Source: Lingula anatina (taxonomy: Eukaryota; Animalia; Brachiopoda). From it: a stretch of 64,000 bases of DNA. The stretch's first letter is position 1; every line of letters starts with the position of its first letter. Positions 63,889-64,000 of the stretch are shown here, in pieces. The stretch covers positions 5,332,001-5,396,000 of the forward strand of contig CM120645.1 in the NCBI GenBank assembly GCA_051362555.1. The letters are read 5' to 3'. The translations under genes were made by a program, and so were the position numbers. The notes under the pieces are model-generated. The model did not search any database and had not been told where the DNA came from. It was given only the letters and a program-made list of their open reading frames with translations.

Positions 63889-64000
63889 TTCCTTGCTCTA
63901 AATAAACTGAAACCAAGTGCATGTGACAACATCTAATATGTCCAGCTCTGATTGCATCATCTATGAGATTGTCTTCTACTACTGTGAGAGTCAGTCAAAT

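Overview
AT-rich eukaryotic genomic DNA with GT-AG introns. It is probably from an invertebrate metazoan; a lophotrochozoan or mollusc is my inference, not proven. Three genes are supported, all on the + strand. (1) The 5'-truncated remainder of an adhesion GPCR (at least 19 exons, <1..12341). Its domain order is two or more C-type lectin-like domains, a Cys-less Ig-like domain, a SEA-like region, HRM, GAIN/GPS with an intact HL|T site, and 7TM. (2) A ~356-aa coiled-coil protein gene (14407/15426..17660) with two candidate first exons that each encode only ATG-G, starting about 20-100 bp after the poly(A) signals of gene 1. (3) A class A neuropeptide GPCR with an intronless CDS, resembling the CNMamide/elevenin receptor group (35936..37135). 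The rest is gene-poor. It holds MITE/fold-back elements, a 151-bp tandem array with internal palindromes, tRNA-like heads, an RTE-like LINE relic, a template-switch-like rearrangement, microsatellites and possible remnants of a fucolectin-domain pseudogene. Exons were derived by hand from splice signals and frame continuity. No database search was run, so family calls are motif-based. I found no prokaryote-type system such as CRISPR.
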